From an uncultured archaeon (lineage in GTDB: Archaea > Nanobdellota > Nanobdellia > Woesearchaeales > CAIVOO01): a stretch of DNA of 24,000 nucleotides. Under the pieces are notes generated by a model. That model saw only the letters and a program-made list of their open reading frames with translations. It had not been told where the DNA came from and searched no databases. Location: the NCBI GenBank assembly GCA_903907555.1, contig CAIVOO010000090.1:1-24000 (forward strand), read 5' to 3'. The translations under genes were made by a program, and so were the position numbers. Below, one piece after another: positions 23,771 through 24,000 of this stretch (position 1 is its first letter; each line of letters starts with the position of its first letter).

Positions 23771-24000
23771 CAGCTCACCGCTACAATGGTAACTTCCCCG
23801 ACATAATCACCAACAGTTATGCCTTCAGGTATGAACAATTTGAATGCAAGAGGCATTAATGATTCATCAGCCGGAGGAAGCTCTGCTGGCACTACTTGCA
23901 TGTTTGCCTGCATAACCCCTGAAAGCGAGCTTTCGAAGTCATTGTCAAGGCTGAACTGCAAATTTGATGCAGGTATTGTGCTTTTGCTGTTCGACAGGTT
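23770..24000 (-). CDS. C-terminal part of a larger protein (frame open to window edge)
   Basis: The minus frame has no stop between 23772 and 24000. It ends ...GDYVGEVTIVAVS. The track's 63-aa version starts at an internal TTG. Confidence 0.45.
   Translation of the reverse strand, partial: NLSNSKSTIPASNLQFSLDNDFESSLSGVMQANMQVVPAELPPADESLMPLAFKLFIPEGITVGDYVGEVTIVAVS

Noticed and set aside
1-24000. CRISPR arrays, rRNA genes, transposases, integrases, reverse transcriptases
   Set aside because: I looked for regularly spaced direct repeats and for the corresponding protein motifs in all listed ORFs and found none.

Overview
AT-rich archaeal window. Archaeal signals: many genes have a TATA box about 25-27 nt upstream of the start codon (leaderless style); it also holds an archaeal-type signal peptidase, an NMD3 homolog, TrmI, DUF99 and an A1:U72 initiator tRNA with a bulge-helix-bulge (BHB) intron. 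A small-genome DPANN-like origin is my inference only. All functions come from motif recognition by eye; no searches were run. About 38 protein genes and three tRNAs: initiator-like tRNA-Met(CAT) with a non-canonical intron, tRNA-Ser(GCT), tRNA-His(GTG). Housekeeping genes: serS, TrmI, PurB-type lyase, Glu/Leu-family dehydrogenase, NUDIX, signal peptidase, NMD3. The stretch between tRNA-Met (2036-2143) and tRNA-Ser (6934-7017) looks accessory: free-standing LAGLIDADG endonuclease, DMT transporter, small orphan genes, a nucleoside 2-deoxyribosyltransferase (NDT)-like protein, a wHTH-MNT/HEPN pair (winged helix-turn-helix, minimal nucleotidyltransferase) and a Cys-rich membrane protein. This stretch also holds tRNA 3'-end remnants and a repeated 19-mer, suggesting tandem decayed integrated elements. 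The most unusual locus is 12.1-14.2 kb. A leaderless micro-ORF, tRNA-His, a paralogous SD-led micro-ORF (both ending ...SAGLVH + 1-2 residues), a HisRS-like catalytic core and a creatininase/MftE-family hydrolase appear to form one transcription unit. The HisRS-like gene has no anticodon-binding domain and no in-frame start, and its homology begins in the +1 frame at CCT-TGA-A. No CRISPR array, rRNA, transposase or integrase was seen.
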